A stretch of 62,853 nucleotides of DNA, the filler included, from Choristocarpus tenellus KU-1152 (Eukaryota; Protista; Phaeophyceae), in NCBI GenBank assembly GCA_964200185.2. It is 13 parts of 13 records of this genome, joined end to end, with 100 filler letters (N's around TTAATTAATTAA, not from the genome) between each part and the next. Parts side by side here need not be neighbours in the genome. Positions count along the whole stretch, not along the records: positions 13,030 to 15,892 come from CAXNAD020024124.1; positions 15,993 to 21,333 come from CAXNAD020011094.1; positions 21,434 to 24,876 come from CAXNAD020019994.1; 10 more parts are not named here. One strand, given 5' to 3'. Positions 13,030 through 24,976 of the stretch are shown here, in pieces (positions within the stretch are counted from its first letter, which is position 1; every line of letters begins with the position of its first letter). The translations under genes and the position numbers were made by a program. The notes below the pieces were generated by a model. It saw nothing but the letters and a program-made list of their open reading frames with translations, was not told where the DNA came from and did not search any database.

Positions 13030-14936
13030 TCACGTCCTCAACTGGAAGAATTTTGTAAACATGAATCTGAACCAGCAACCCTAAGCCCTATATGTCGAAA
13101 TGTGGGTACAAAAACCACTGATGAAAGTTCTCAAGCAAGTAAGGTATACCCTGCCTATGAATTGTCTGTGGATCGACTAGGTGAAATCACTAAAGTGGCA
13201 AATGACTCTGAGCTCTTTGCAAGCTCCATCAATGTGTTTCGTGTAATTGATACGGAAGTTCTAGCCAAGGCCCAACATGAGCAGTATGAAGCTTATTTTC
13301 AATGCCTGGCAGACCCCAACAATACAGCATTACCCAGTAAGGAAACGGTCTACACCATATCATATTTTTTCACTCAAGAACGAGAAAATAGACTTTTACT
13401 CTACCGGTCGTATCAACCTGGTCACCTTCGAAAAAACGGAGAATTTCGAGATCAGTTAGTAGCCCCAACAGAGATGCAGGGTTTAATTTTACATGCCCTA
13501 CATGATCATAAATTTGCCGGCCATCTTGCTTTCAAGCATACCTTTGACCGAGTTCGCGTTAGATTTTGGTGGCCAACCTTACATAAAGACGTGAGGGAGT
13601 GGTGTGAATCTTGCCAGTCCTGTCAGAGGCGTAAGACCTCATACACTCTAACCCCATTACCAACAGGACATATGCCTGTCACACGTCCATTTCAACGACT
13701 TGCTATTGACCTAGTTTAATATATGACCACGTCAGACGGTGCAAAATATGTGCTATCCACTGTAAACCATCTTACAAGATTCGCAATCTCGGTTGGTATT
13801 GCAAATAAACAAGAAAAAACCGTGGCTAAAGCTCTCGTCGACCGTATTTTTTCCATCTTTGGTCCTCCTGAAACACTCCACTCTGACCAAGGCAAAGAAC
13901 TTGAGAATAAACTCCTGGCTGAGATGCGTAAAGTGTATGGATATTATAAAACCAAGATAACGGCATACCGACCGCAAGGCAATAGTATATGAACGTATTC
14001 ACTCCACAATGCATGGTATGCTGACCATGTATTCAAATATTGACCAATCTGACTGGGCCTCATTGTTGCCCTTTGTCCAGCTAGCACACAATACAGCCTA
14101 TAATCCCGCTGTTCAAGAAACGCCATTTTTTCTCATGTTTGGGAGGCGCCCAATTTACCAATTGATCTTATTCTGGGGGTCCCTGAGGCCACCCCCATAA
14201 CTGCACAAGACTACAGTATGAAAACAGTGAAGAATTTACAGCTAGCCTATGAATTAGCCCGGCGTAATATTGTTGAGATGGCTTTAAGAAACGAATCAAA
14301 GAACGTGAACAATAAACTCCCACTATACGAACCCGGTGATAAAGTGTGGCTTCACAAACCACATATGTCAGCTGATGCACCAAACCCCAAGTTGTTGTCC
14401 CCATGGAGAGGACCTTATGAAGTGAAAGCACGCATAAGACCTGTTGTATATCGCGTTAAACGGTCAGAAGATCGACGGGAAGTGACAGTTCATCTGGCCA
14501 GACTTAAACCTTACAAGGAGGGTAGAGCTACAGAGCCAGATATAGATGCCCTTAATTCACTCTTTTTAGGCCGGATTTTACCCGAACCGGACCTTGATCA
14601 GGGGTCAAAGACACAGCCAACTATTGGATCTTACAATGTAGAGGGCATTGTTGATCATAAACGTGGGGTAGGAAGAAAAACCACCAGCAATTATTTGTAC
14701 CGGCTTTGCTTTCAGGGATATTCACCGGCCAGTGATGTATGGCGAAACCCGCTGAAATACCTGAATGTGCAGAGATGATCGCAGCCTATAGGGATGAGAA
14801 CAAGTTGTACCTCCCTAATGTAAGAGCCATTGACCAAGCGACTTGTCATAATCAAAAGACACCTGCCACTACAACAGCCAAGGAAAGTGTGTTACCGCCA
14901 ACCGAACGTCCACCTAATAGCAACCAAGCCTCCTAA
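13030..14936 (+). mobile_element. Ty3/Gypsy (chromovirus-type) LTR retrotransposon pol 3' part: integrase plus chromodomain, disrupted
   Basis: Integrase Zn finger HDHKFAGH..WWPTLHKDVREWCESCQSC; rve core (PFQRLAIDL, FGPPETLHSDQGKE, TAYRPQGN); GPY/F module (SPWRGPYEV..VHLARLKPY); chromodomain (YNVEGIVDHK..YRLCFQGYSPASDVW). Internal stops (e.g. 13717-13719, 13990-13992) and frameshifts. Confidence 0.92.
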
Positions 14937-15213
14937 AATATTTGTGACGACCCTCCTTGTGGACCGGAAAGTGCGATGAATGCCTCTATACTAGTGGGTT
15001 GCCGGCCTGGTGAGTTGCCACCAGATTCCACAGATAGAGAAGATAGTCCTTTGTTACTACCAAGATGGCGGAAGCGGTGCCGATAGATTCTTGAAGACCA
15101 TACCATGGCTCAGAGTCCGGCTGGTATTTTCAGAGCTGATCTAGTTAGCGACTAGTGTCTCGCGAAGTAGAAAGACTGCTCTCATCCGGAAACAAACACA
15201 GGTTGGACCTATC

Positions 15214-15790
15214 TGTGAGAAGCATGCATACCTTCAAAATATTATTGACCTCGGGCAAAATATTTTACTTCATTATTTGTAAACAAACTGTGCACATATA
15301 TATATATAAAATTAATAGTCCAACTTAACTGGTTGTCCAAGCACCTTGGAGGCAAGTTGTTGAAGAGGAGGTGATAGTAAGGGATAGTGAGTCTTCCAAC
15401 CACCCTTATCCGCTCAGACCGCGGGAGTCACATAGGAGACAGGCTAGTCCACGCCATTTTTCTCACTGCGCCCTACACCCGTTAGCGCAGAGTTCACTTG
15501 GACTGAGGTGATATTTAGAGGCGATCTATTAGACGACTTTAGAATCGTGGAGTAGAAAAATTGCTCTTATCCGGAGACATTAACACAGAGTGATTCTACC
15601 TGTGACAAGCATGCATATATTTCTTATATTCAAAATATTATTGACCTCGGGCATAATAGTTTACTTCTGTTAACAAATGCGCATATAACAAACATTGAAA
15701 GTCCATTTTTGTCTGGTTTTCCAAGCACCTTGGAGGCAAGTTGTTGAAGAGATGTAATAGTAAGGGATGATGAATGTGACCCACCCTTAA
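15214..15790 (+). repeat. Imperfect direct repeat (~190 bp x2) downstream of Gypsy pol, each ending in a purine tract followed by TG..
   Basis: TGTGA.AAGCATGCATA..TTCAAAATATTATTGACCTCGGGCA..CCAAGCACCTTGGAGGCAAGTTGTTGAAGAG at ~15214-15400 and ~15601-15790. Confidence 0.8.
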
Positions 15791-16793
15791 CACTATCCCC
15801 ACAACACTCCCCAAGAGATGACTTGATGTACCAAAGCTGTGGTGATACTGAGCGTCATTTACTCGGATCCCCGAGAAGCACTTAGGAGACAANNNNNNNN
15901 NNNNNNNNNNNNNNNNNNNNNNNNNNNNNNNNNNNNTTAATTAATTAANNNNNNNNNNNNNNNNNNNNNNNNNNNNNNNNNNNNNNNNNNNNCTATACCC
16001 TACCTACCACACTTTTTTTTTTTTTTTTTAATATTTTGGTGTCGATATCATTATCACTACAAAAAAAAACCTCCTACCCACAATAACCGGAAGGAAGGCC
16101 ACCCCCGCCTTCACACGGCATGCAAACCCCCGACTTCTGTTCGACAAAAAAGACAGAAAACAGATGTGAGACACAAAAATTATTTTTAGAAAAAAAAATG
16201 TATGCAAGAAAATAAAAATAAAAATAAAAAACACAGCAGAACTTCGGAAGAAGGATCACAGCAGCGCCTCTTTCCCTCGTGACAAAAAAAAAAAATCGAT
16301 CCCATCTTTGAAATGGTGCTTAGTGCCCTACATATGAATATATATATATATATATATATGTATGGATGTATATTGTACAATGTGTTGTACACAGAGCCAG
16401 CTCCGACCAGGCGAGATGGGCCTTCCATCAACTGGTAAAAAACACCTCACTCAGAGGGCAAGTTGCTCACGGAGATTGTGTTCGAGGTTTATCTCAAATC
16501 ATACACAGACACGCATACATATAAACAACACATATACACACATACAAACACACATACAAACACACACACACACACACATGTCATATAGCAGGATCTCAAT
16601 AATTGGGGCGAGGGGGGGGGGGAAGGGAGGGGGAGGGAGGGTCTGGTTGGTTGGTTGGTTGGTTGGTTGGTTGGGCCGACCCTGACAGTCAAAAGAGAAG
16701 AAAGCACTTTACTGTTCCAAGACAAAAAAAGATCGATCGATGGCATGACATTCACAAGGGAGCAGGTAGCACCTTTCTATCATAAATCCAATT

Positions 16794-17046
16794 CTCTAAC
16801 CCTAACCCTAACCCTAACCCATTACTTGCCGGAGGAAGTTTTTTTCCACCATTCCATAGGCGTTCGTTCTGCTGATCACTTACCCTAACCCTAACCCTAA
16901 CCTTAAACGCTAACCCTAAACCCTAAAACCTAACCCTAACCCTAAACCTTAAACCCTAACCCTAAACCTTAAACGCTAACCCTAAACCCTAAAACCTAAC
17001 CCTAACCCTAACCCTAACCCTAACCCTTAACCCCTTAACCCTAACC
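16794..17046 (+). repeat. Interstitial telomere-like (CCCTAA)n array with variant units
   Basis: About 35 CCCTAA-type units including variants CCCTAAA, CCTTAAA and CGCTAA, in two blocks separated by ~60 bp. Confidence 0.9.
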
Positions 17047-18689
17047 GTGAGTAATATATAAAAATATAGTACGGTAATGACGGCAGCGATGGTAAGGCTT
17101 CCCCATGCACGGTATATAGGCACGTTGTTGGAGCACCGTATATATGTGTATACCTGGGCAGCGTGACAGACCCGAAGAAGTCCCAGGCCTTCTCGATCCT
17201 ATTGTTCGTCCCCAGAGCCTTGATGAGGAACTCCGTTATGGGGTCGAATTTCAGGCGCTCCCGTATTTTCTCGCCGGGGCCGTGAAGGGGTTCCTCCTGT
17301 TTCGGGAGGTATCGTTTCGAGGAGCGAGAGGTTGGGGTGTTACGATGTCAACAAAACTGTCGTCAGTCTGATCGACGCCAACTCCGATCATCCAGCAACC
17401 TATTCAGCACTGCGTACCGTGTAGTGTCGACATCTGCGTCTACATGGTGACATCGTGATGTCTGTACGTACATACGACAGGGGTAACCATTTTTCAGTAG
17501 GTGGAACTGCCAGAGTGGGCAACGAATGTAGTACGTCGTGGCACCGGCGGGTGTGATGCCAGTCAGATATGGATGCAAACATGGGATTGGGTTGATACGT
17601 GCTTTACTTCCAATGGGAATCAACTTGCATCATAAGCATGGGTTGTACCTTGATATCGCTTCATCACTTTCTGATCGCAAACAATCCCCCTCAAGGGGCA
17701 AGTGAAACCGCAAACAAACCTTGATTTGAGAGAAAAGGCTCCCCAAACGAGCCGTGTTACGATTCGTTCCTCTGCCAAGCTCACTACTATCATGGCTCCC
17801 ACCCAGTTACGATATAAAGCGAGCGTAAGGGGGTATAGTGAACAACATGTTCCCATGAACCTATGACTCAAGTACCTGGAGTACCAGCGGAGTATGTCTT
17901 TGTGTTCTGGGCGTGTGGAAAATTGGGACCGGTTAGAGGGACGGAAAGCCCTCAGGCATTTCCCATCTATACTCACGCACCTCTCCCTCAGCGAGCTCGT
18001 TAATCTCTGCAGCCTTTTCTGCCGCAACCTGTGCCGCAATCTCCGCGTCCTCTTCCTTCTCCATGGCCTCGAAGTCTATACCATCATCGCCTTTGCTCTC
18101 CATAGAATTATAATTGGCCATTTTTCTCCCTTGACCCTACGAAGTGGCACGGTACGGTATAATCAAGAGTTGGTGACATGGACCTGAAGGAGAAATCGTA
18201 ATTCGGTTTGATGGACTGATCCAGTTTGGACTGATCCAGTTTGACGTCTTAGCTACTCTTTTCGTCATTTTTCTCATACGAGCTGGGACGCAATGCAAAA
18301 TATATCTGCAGGGTGCAGCAGCCCGTTGCAGGTATGACTTCAATGTGGATCTAATGCGTGTATCCGAAAACGAGGAAACATTTCTTCAATTCTATAGTAG
18401 TAGTAGCATGACCTGATATGGAACACAAGACCTGCAATGTCTCGCACCAACAGCCTAACCTATCAAACAAAGCAATATGCCAAACGGCATTCGGTACCAA
18501 CCCACTCAGTAGACTTGTGTCTCCTCCTTGCAAGCAGGTAAGCAAGGGCGTGATGAGAATGGATAGGGTATAATAGTAGAGTATTTCAGATACCCCATAC
18601 AACAAAAGAAGGAGGTAATCCTGTAAGCACGCCTCCGAAATTAATATACCACCAACCAAAGTCAACTTCTCCTTGGGATATTTCCACCT

Positions 18690-19853
18690 ATGGGTCGCAA
18701 GCGCAAAGCCGGTTCGGTGCCAACTCCTCTTGTGCCCTCAACCAGATCATCCGACTTCTACACTAGACAGGAGAGACACAAATCTGCCTGGCAAACTCGG
18801 CGACGTTCGAAGCAGAGGAAGGGTGAAAGGCTCGATGTCGATGGCACCCAAGTTGAATTGTTCACCACGAATACTGGAGTCACACAAAATGAACAACCCC
18901 GTACTTCTTCCACGAATGGTAATACCAAAGCCCCTAGCACAGGGGATCCTGTAAAAATATCTTCGGCCGTCAATTGTCCGCCCATCTCCCGGTCGGTCTC
19001 TTCTCAATCTCGAGGTGAGCACAAGGGCGAAGCAGGTTCCACCGTCAGTGAAATGACATCGGGAGAGATGCTGGCACAGGTCCTTCCAGACCATGGATGG
19101 AAACTAGGTGGGTGCTGGGACCCAAGGTGCATGTGTGATTCCTTTGATGGAGCTGCAAAAAGTGGTGGAGTGATGTGCTCGTGCGGCCACCGTTCTGTGG
19201 CACATGAACTGGTAGAGAGTGGTGACGGGAGAGGGAGCAACCGAGATGGGAAACAAGCATTCCGCTCAGCAGATCCTATTGCACGGGTTGTACAGGCCGG
19301 CCTCCGCCGTCTGTTTTCCTCCATCAGGAACGCACGTGCAGTGGGAGACTGTGGTCTTTTCCGAGACTCGGAGGGTGTGTGCACATGGGGTTCGGGGTGG
19401 TTCCTGTCGAGGTGCGATCTCCCGGACCTACCTTGATGGTAGTGTTATAAATTGCGAAATTGGTGATGGAGAGCTCGATGTCCTTACAGCATGCATCTAT
19501 CACAGGCGAGGAATATTTCTGTCACACATCGATTCATGCACCGCATTGTCGACAAGGAACATTCAATCCCACCTCATCCTCTCACGCCCGCGAGTCCCCT
19601 CCTTTCCCCGACCCTTCCCCTCCCCTCCCCCTCGACGGCCCGTTCCTACTGATTGATCCTGGTCGAAGGTTGTCAAGACAATATATCTCTGATGCAATGC
19701 GAGAGATCGTCAGCCTGGGTGCATCCCTCTACGGTCAACAAAAGGTGTACAGCTCCATCCAGGCTGCACAGGATTTGCTGGCCGGGGAGGCCAGTGAGGA
19801 GTGGACCATACCACAAACTCTGCCGGGAGGGAACCTGTACCAGGTGTGGCAAA
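18690..19853 (+). CDS. Hypothetical protein, 5' exons, with a Cys/His cluster (C..C.C..F..CSCGH..H)
   Basis: 240-codon first exon starting MGRKRK (NLS-like) with a donor at ~19411 (GAG|GTGCGA). A phase-compatible exon ~19669-19853 reads LSRQYISDAMREIVSLG..NLYQ|GTGTGG. Family not recognised. Confidence 0.55.
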
Positions 19854-21433
19854 TATATCATTGGGACCTTCCAATTAATCTTAAGGCTCGTGTCCGTTCC
19901 GGGCAATGTACCTCTCAAGTTCCTTCATCACTTAATCGGTGTCGCTGGATGGAACAATGGCCGCGACAGCCTGTGCTGCAATGCAATCATCATAGCACAC
20001 AGGGCATGCGCAAAACGTTGTCGGTGTTATCAAAGCGCGTGTGAACAAAGGCTGAGCTGTGCTTCTACCTAGCACGGGTCAACTTTTACTTACGAGTGAT
20101 TCGTGAGTCTCTTTGTCAATAAGGCGCGCCTTGTGTGTTGTCCCAACATAATTGTATCGCCTTGTACCATCAGTGCGGCCTTGTGACCTCAGTTTTCTCA
20201 TGCTGTAGTAGCCGATTGTATACACTTCGCTACTGACCTTTTGCCGGTGCTGGGGGCACAACTTTGATAGGCCTCGATAGACAAACCATATACAAGAAAA
20301 CTACTTACTCAGTTGGTTGATTGAGGTACACGGCTGAGGCTATAGCTATACGATCACTACTTTGTACTGCCTGCAAGGTTCCAGTGACGTGAACTTGGCA
20401 GAGAGGAGACTTGCCGGCGAATTGTGGACATAGACCCACCCCCATTGTTCGTTTCATGAGATGGCTCAGAGTAGATGAGGTTAGGGTTACGACTGTTGAT
20501 TCAGAACACAGCTTTTGCGAAGGTGAGCATGATGCTCCAATCAGAAAGATTCCCATTGTCATCGGACACATTTTGCTGATTGGCACTGAATTGAAACAAG
20601 AGTATTCTTTGCATTCACCGATCTCACGCTGTTTGTCAGTTGTGCCGAGTGATGCGCAAACACGTTGGGCCAACAACAACGGATGGTCCACTCTTGATTT
20701 GGAGGGGTGGTCGTTCTAAGCGCGGTCTTTGCTTCTTCTCTATTTGTGCTAAATTTTTGATCGCGGGTCAGAATGATAACCCTCAAGCCAAGGATAGGAA
20801 AGACATTGCTCATCGGGGGGAGGATAGAGGGCGCGGAGGGGGGGGGGGGGGGTGGGTTCCGAGAATTATCCCATCGAGAAATGGCCGTATGACCGTAACT
20901 TACTGTTTTAGAGGCCTCTCTTACCAGCAATTATTTTTATTTTATTCGACCTTAGGCAACAGGCTGATACAAAATATTTCGTTTTCTTTTTTTCTGGGGG
21001 GGGGCGGGGGAGGGGGGAGGTGGAAAGCGGAAAGTGGAATAATTGTTTTTGCCAATAAAGAATGCCTCCGAGGTAGAATATGTGTGTGTGTGTGTGTGTT
21101 TGCATGCATCATGGATTTGAATCTCTGGATGTTCTTTCCTGGTAGACTTGTGTGGTACTTCGAGAGAAAGTCATATCTCCCCATTCCCAGTGGGTAGATC
21201 TTTTGTGTCCTCCTGTGTGTGTGTGTGTGGCATATTTTCCCCTCAGGGGGGGGGGGGGGGGGGCTTTTTTTTTTGGAATTTTTTTTGTGGGGGTTTTTTT
21301 TTTTTTTTTTTTTGTGGGGGATTATTTTTTTTTNNNNNNNNNNNNNNNNNNNNNNNNNNNNNNNNNNNNNNNNNNNNTTAATTAATTAANNNNNNNNNNN
21401 NNNNNNNNNNNNNNNNNNNNNNNNNNNNNNNNN

Positions 21434-24400
21434 CCCCCATCACTTTCTTCACCTGATGCACTCCACATGCTATCCACGAGGCAGAGCTTGGTGAGGTGAG
21501 ACTGGACACGTGAACCAATCTGTGCCAATTCTAACAACGGCCCAGGGAGCACGGCAATGCGTACCTCACACACACACAGTCGGATGTCACTAATCCGGGA
21601 CAAGGGACAGAGCTGAGCGCGTATGGACAAGGCAGGCTCCACCACTGCTGAGCCTTCCCCATCTACTACGTCATCATCTGCTACTACAGTTCCCTCCCTG
21701 CCTGGGTCAGGCTTGCCCTCGCCGCTGCCACCGCAGCCTTTCCAACACCACCCAGATGGCAGCACATGGCCATCTACACGATTGTCAGAGGTTCCTGGAT
21801 GTGATCCTGTCCCCTTTGACTGTGCTGCCCCTGACCTAAGGAGATAGTGGAAGTGTCGATCCCGCACAACACTATGTTCCCTAACGTCAAGGATGTGAAC
21901 CTCGCCAATCACAAATTCAGTCCGGTGCTTTTGAACCGCCCATCGCCTTTTGCCAGACCCTAATCCCCCCTGGTCTCCCCCTTTCACATCTGACCCAGAA
22001 GTACTTACCACACCGGACCATCCTCTTCTTCTTGGAGGGGGAGTCAGATCCACACCAAGACCAATGCCCAGCACCTCCAGGGTTAACAGAGGGGCATATG
22101 GCCCAATCGTTTGCCTCTTTTGCCCCTCTCCTACATACCCAGGACTAGAACTGGCAAAGTCCCTTGCCTCATAGGTGGGAGAGGAGGGGGCAGAAAGAGA
22201 CTGCCGGCGAAGGTTCAATGTCGCCATCACCGCTCCTTCCCTTGCCCCAGCATATTGCGCTCGAATTCTCAAATCGCGGTCCAATCCTTTACGATGCTTG
22301 GGTGCCATCATCGCAGGACCACTTGCTGTTGTTGACGTTGCAGACATAAACGAACTTGCCCTTGCACCACCTTTAGATGCCTTAGTTGTCTCTGTGGACA
22401 GGGTGAAACTTAGAGCATCTAAGATCAGAGTGCCAAGGAGTGCTGGGAAGGGCGGGGCTCCCTCAGTTGCCATCCTCACCTGATTGTGGTCAACTCCTCC
22501 ACCTGCAGTGGACGACGTGATGGTGCTGGTAGCAGGATCCACCACAGGACCAGCGGTGGTGGAATCAGTGGCCACAAGACGGGAGGGTTGTAACATATTG
22601 AGCTCCTCCTCTTCCCCCGGCAAAAGCACAACCGCTTCCAGCTGGGTGTGACCTCCCCAAAGAGGTTCCTCCTCCTCTTTATCCTCTCTCTGAATTTGTA
22701 GGCCTGAAAGTGAACCAGTAGGCATTACATCTGGTGTTGTCTTTGTCTCCATCCCTACTGCTTCAACAGGCCCACCATGCAAACGTCCATGGTCGCCACT
22801 CCCTTCCTCAGTTGCTACTGTGGTCTCTCCACTCTCTGTACCCTCAGCCATTAAACCCGATGCCAACGCTGCCACTTCAGTCCCTTCCACCGCTCTATCC
22901 TCACTCCAGGGGGGGATAACATGATCTACTACCATCCTGGTCGGCAACGGTGCCGAGGGTCTGCTGTCCTTCTCAGTTGGCAATGCCGAGGCATCAGGTG
23001 CGAGGAGCTCACCTATCCTGGAGAGCTTCCCCCCCCCCACCTGAACCATCTGAGCCAGCAGCAACAAATGCGGCTCTGCTAGATTGAACTTAACAGGAGA
23101 CACTGTCACTGCTGCTTTGACTTGTGCGGCAAGCGACAGAGGAATCTTTACCCTTGGCAAGTCAACATTAGCACCACCACCAGACTTGCCAGCGACTGAG
23201 GTCCCAAAATCAACTACCTCAACACAACCACTATCTTCACCCCAGATCATTCCCATCCTGTTGTTCGGCAGAGTGGGCCTCACTGGCAGCTCCACCTCTG
23301 TAACACCACCCCCCCCCAGTTTATCGTGGAGCTTGGCAGCCGCCTCATCCTCACAGAGGGAAGTCAAGATCCCCGGCTCCCCATGGGGAGCTGGAAGATC
23401 TTGTCTCACATCAAACCCAGTACCGACAGCCCTGCCGTTGATGTTGCTGCAGCTTCCACCACTGCCACTCTCCCCTCCCATGACACTCATGCTTGTACCC
23501 CTCTCCCCATCATCCAAACAGACCGTAAGCCCTGGCAAGAACAACCCTGACGTTGCGGATGGAGTATCAAGTGGCACAAGGGCAACAGCCCGCATATGTA
23601 CAGCCTCCATGACCTCAAAATCCTCGGGCTTGACCCAGACTCTCGTACTGGCAACGGCCACTTCTACTTTAAGCGTGGCTAGCATCGCCTCCTCCACTGC
23701 TGCTAAGGCTTCCTCCTGAGGGTCTCCACCACCAAACACTGGGCTTTCCTCAAAGGCTGGTGTTAAGGTTAAACCCTGTGTGTTGCGGCCAGCACTTGCA
23801 CTGTTTGAACTGTTGCTGAGCATGTTAAAGGTGGCAATGGCAACAAGGTGCTCGAACTCAGAGAGGATGTGGACGCAGGAGGTGCTGCTGCCTCTCTCCA
23901 TGTCCAGCGGGAGCATTAGAGACGGGTTGGATACCTCCAGTTGGACCTGTGCATTTAGGGAAAATCAGCAAGGCATAAATATCTATTTCAAGGGGGTGCT
24001 GGTGCGATGTGATGTTGTCAAGAGCAGACCAACCTCAGGGTGATTGCAGCTGATCAAGAGAGGGGAAGGGGTGAGTGGAAAGGGAGTAGGGGGTGCAAAG
24101 GGCGGGTAACACCGTATGGGTCAGGCCAGAGTTTGTACTAAAACGTGTGCACATATGTATACAGTGAGGAATGTGAAATTGTATATCTCAACAGCTACAA
24201 GCACCTCATCTCCAAGAGCATAGAGTTCTGCAGTTCAAACTAATCCAGCTCAACAACAGTCACTCCAGCACAAATGAATTCCACAGCCTTCCGCCTGTAG
24301 GACTTGTCAATTAACATGCCTTGCACTACTGCAATGCACGTATCATACTCTCCAGTCTCTGTCACTGAAGTAAAACCCACAATCTAAACCTCACACCGTA

Positions 24401-24876
24401 ACCCTAACATACATCCCTGACTTCAACCTAACTCTCACACCACCATCAGACTTAGGGAAAGTCTCCAAAAAAACAACCTGCATTTCAGGGATAGTGCAAC
24501 GCCTTCCTTCCTACACGACACAAATCGGAAAAGCAAAAATAATAATACAAATCTAGCGTAACTAAATACAACCGTCTCTCCGAAGTAATTCACCGCAATT
24601 CATACTCCAAAGCATGCAAGCAAGACCACCTGCATCCCCCTGCATCCCCCCCACCCCACCCAACCCCTCCTTCCCCTGGCAATTGTCACCTACCTTCAAG
24701 AATAGAGACTGGTTCACCAAATTAGAAGAACTGCTCTCAAATGCATCAGTTTCTTCCCAACCACCAACCGAAGACATGTCTTCACGCGGCGAGCCCCAAC
24801 CAAAAGAGCTCGACACTGACTGTGAACTGCGCCCCATCTGCCTCAGTCCTCCACCGCCTGGAAAGGTGGGTGATTC
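21434..24876 (-). CDS. Internal fragment of a very large protein, probably VPS13/bridge-like lipid transfer family
   Basis: An exon ending at 24694 (NQSLFLK|GTAGGT) splices in phase to a >2.5-kb exon starting at 23946 (VQLEVSNPSLMLPL). Beta-strand-rich segments (LLTLEVLGIGLGV, EFVIGEVHILD, SDIRLCVCEVRIAVLPGPLLEL) are separated by low-complexity loops, as in repeating beta-groove proteins. The CDS is secure; the family is tentative. Confidence 0.6.
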
Positions 24877-24976
24877 NNNNNNNNNNNNNNNNNNNNNNNN
24901 NNNNNNNNNNNNNNNNNNNNTTAATTAATTAANNNNNNNNNNNNNNNNNNNNNNNNNNNNNNNNNNNNNNNNNNNN

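Noticed and set aside
23084-23719. Long plus-strand ORFs opposite the VPS13-like exon (likewise 31689-32081 and 43803-44294)
   Set aside because: Antisense shadows of GC-rich coding sequence.
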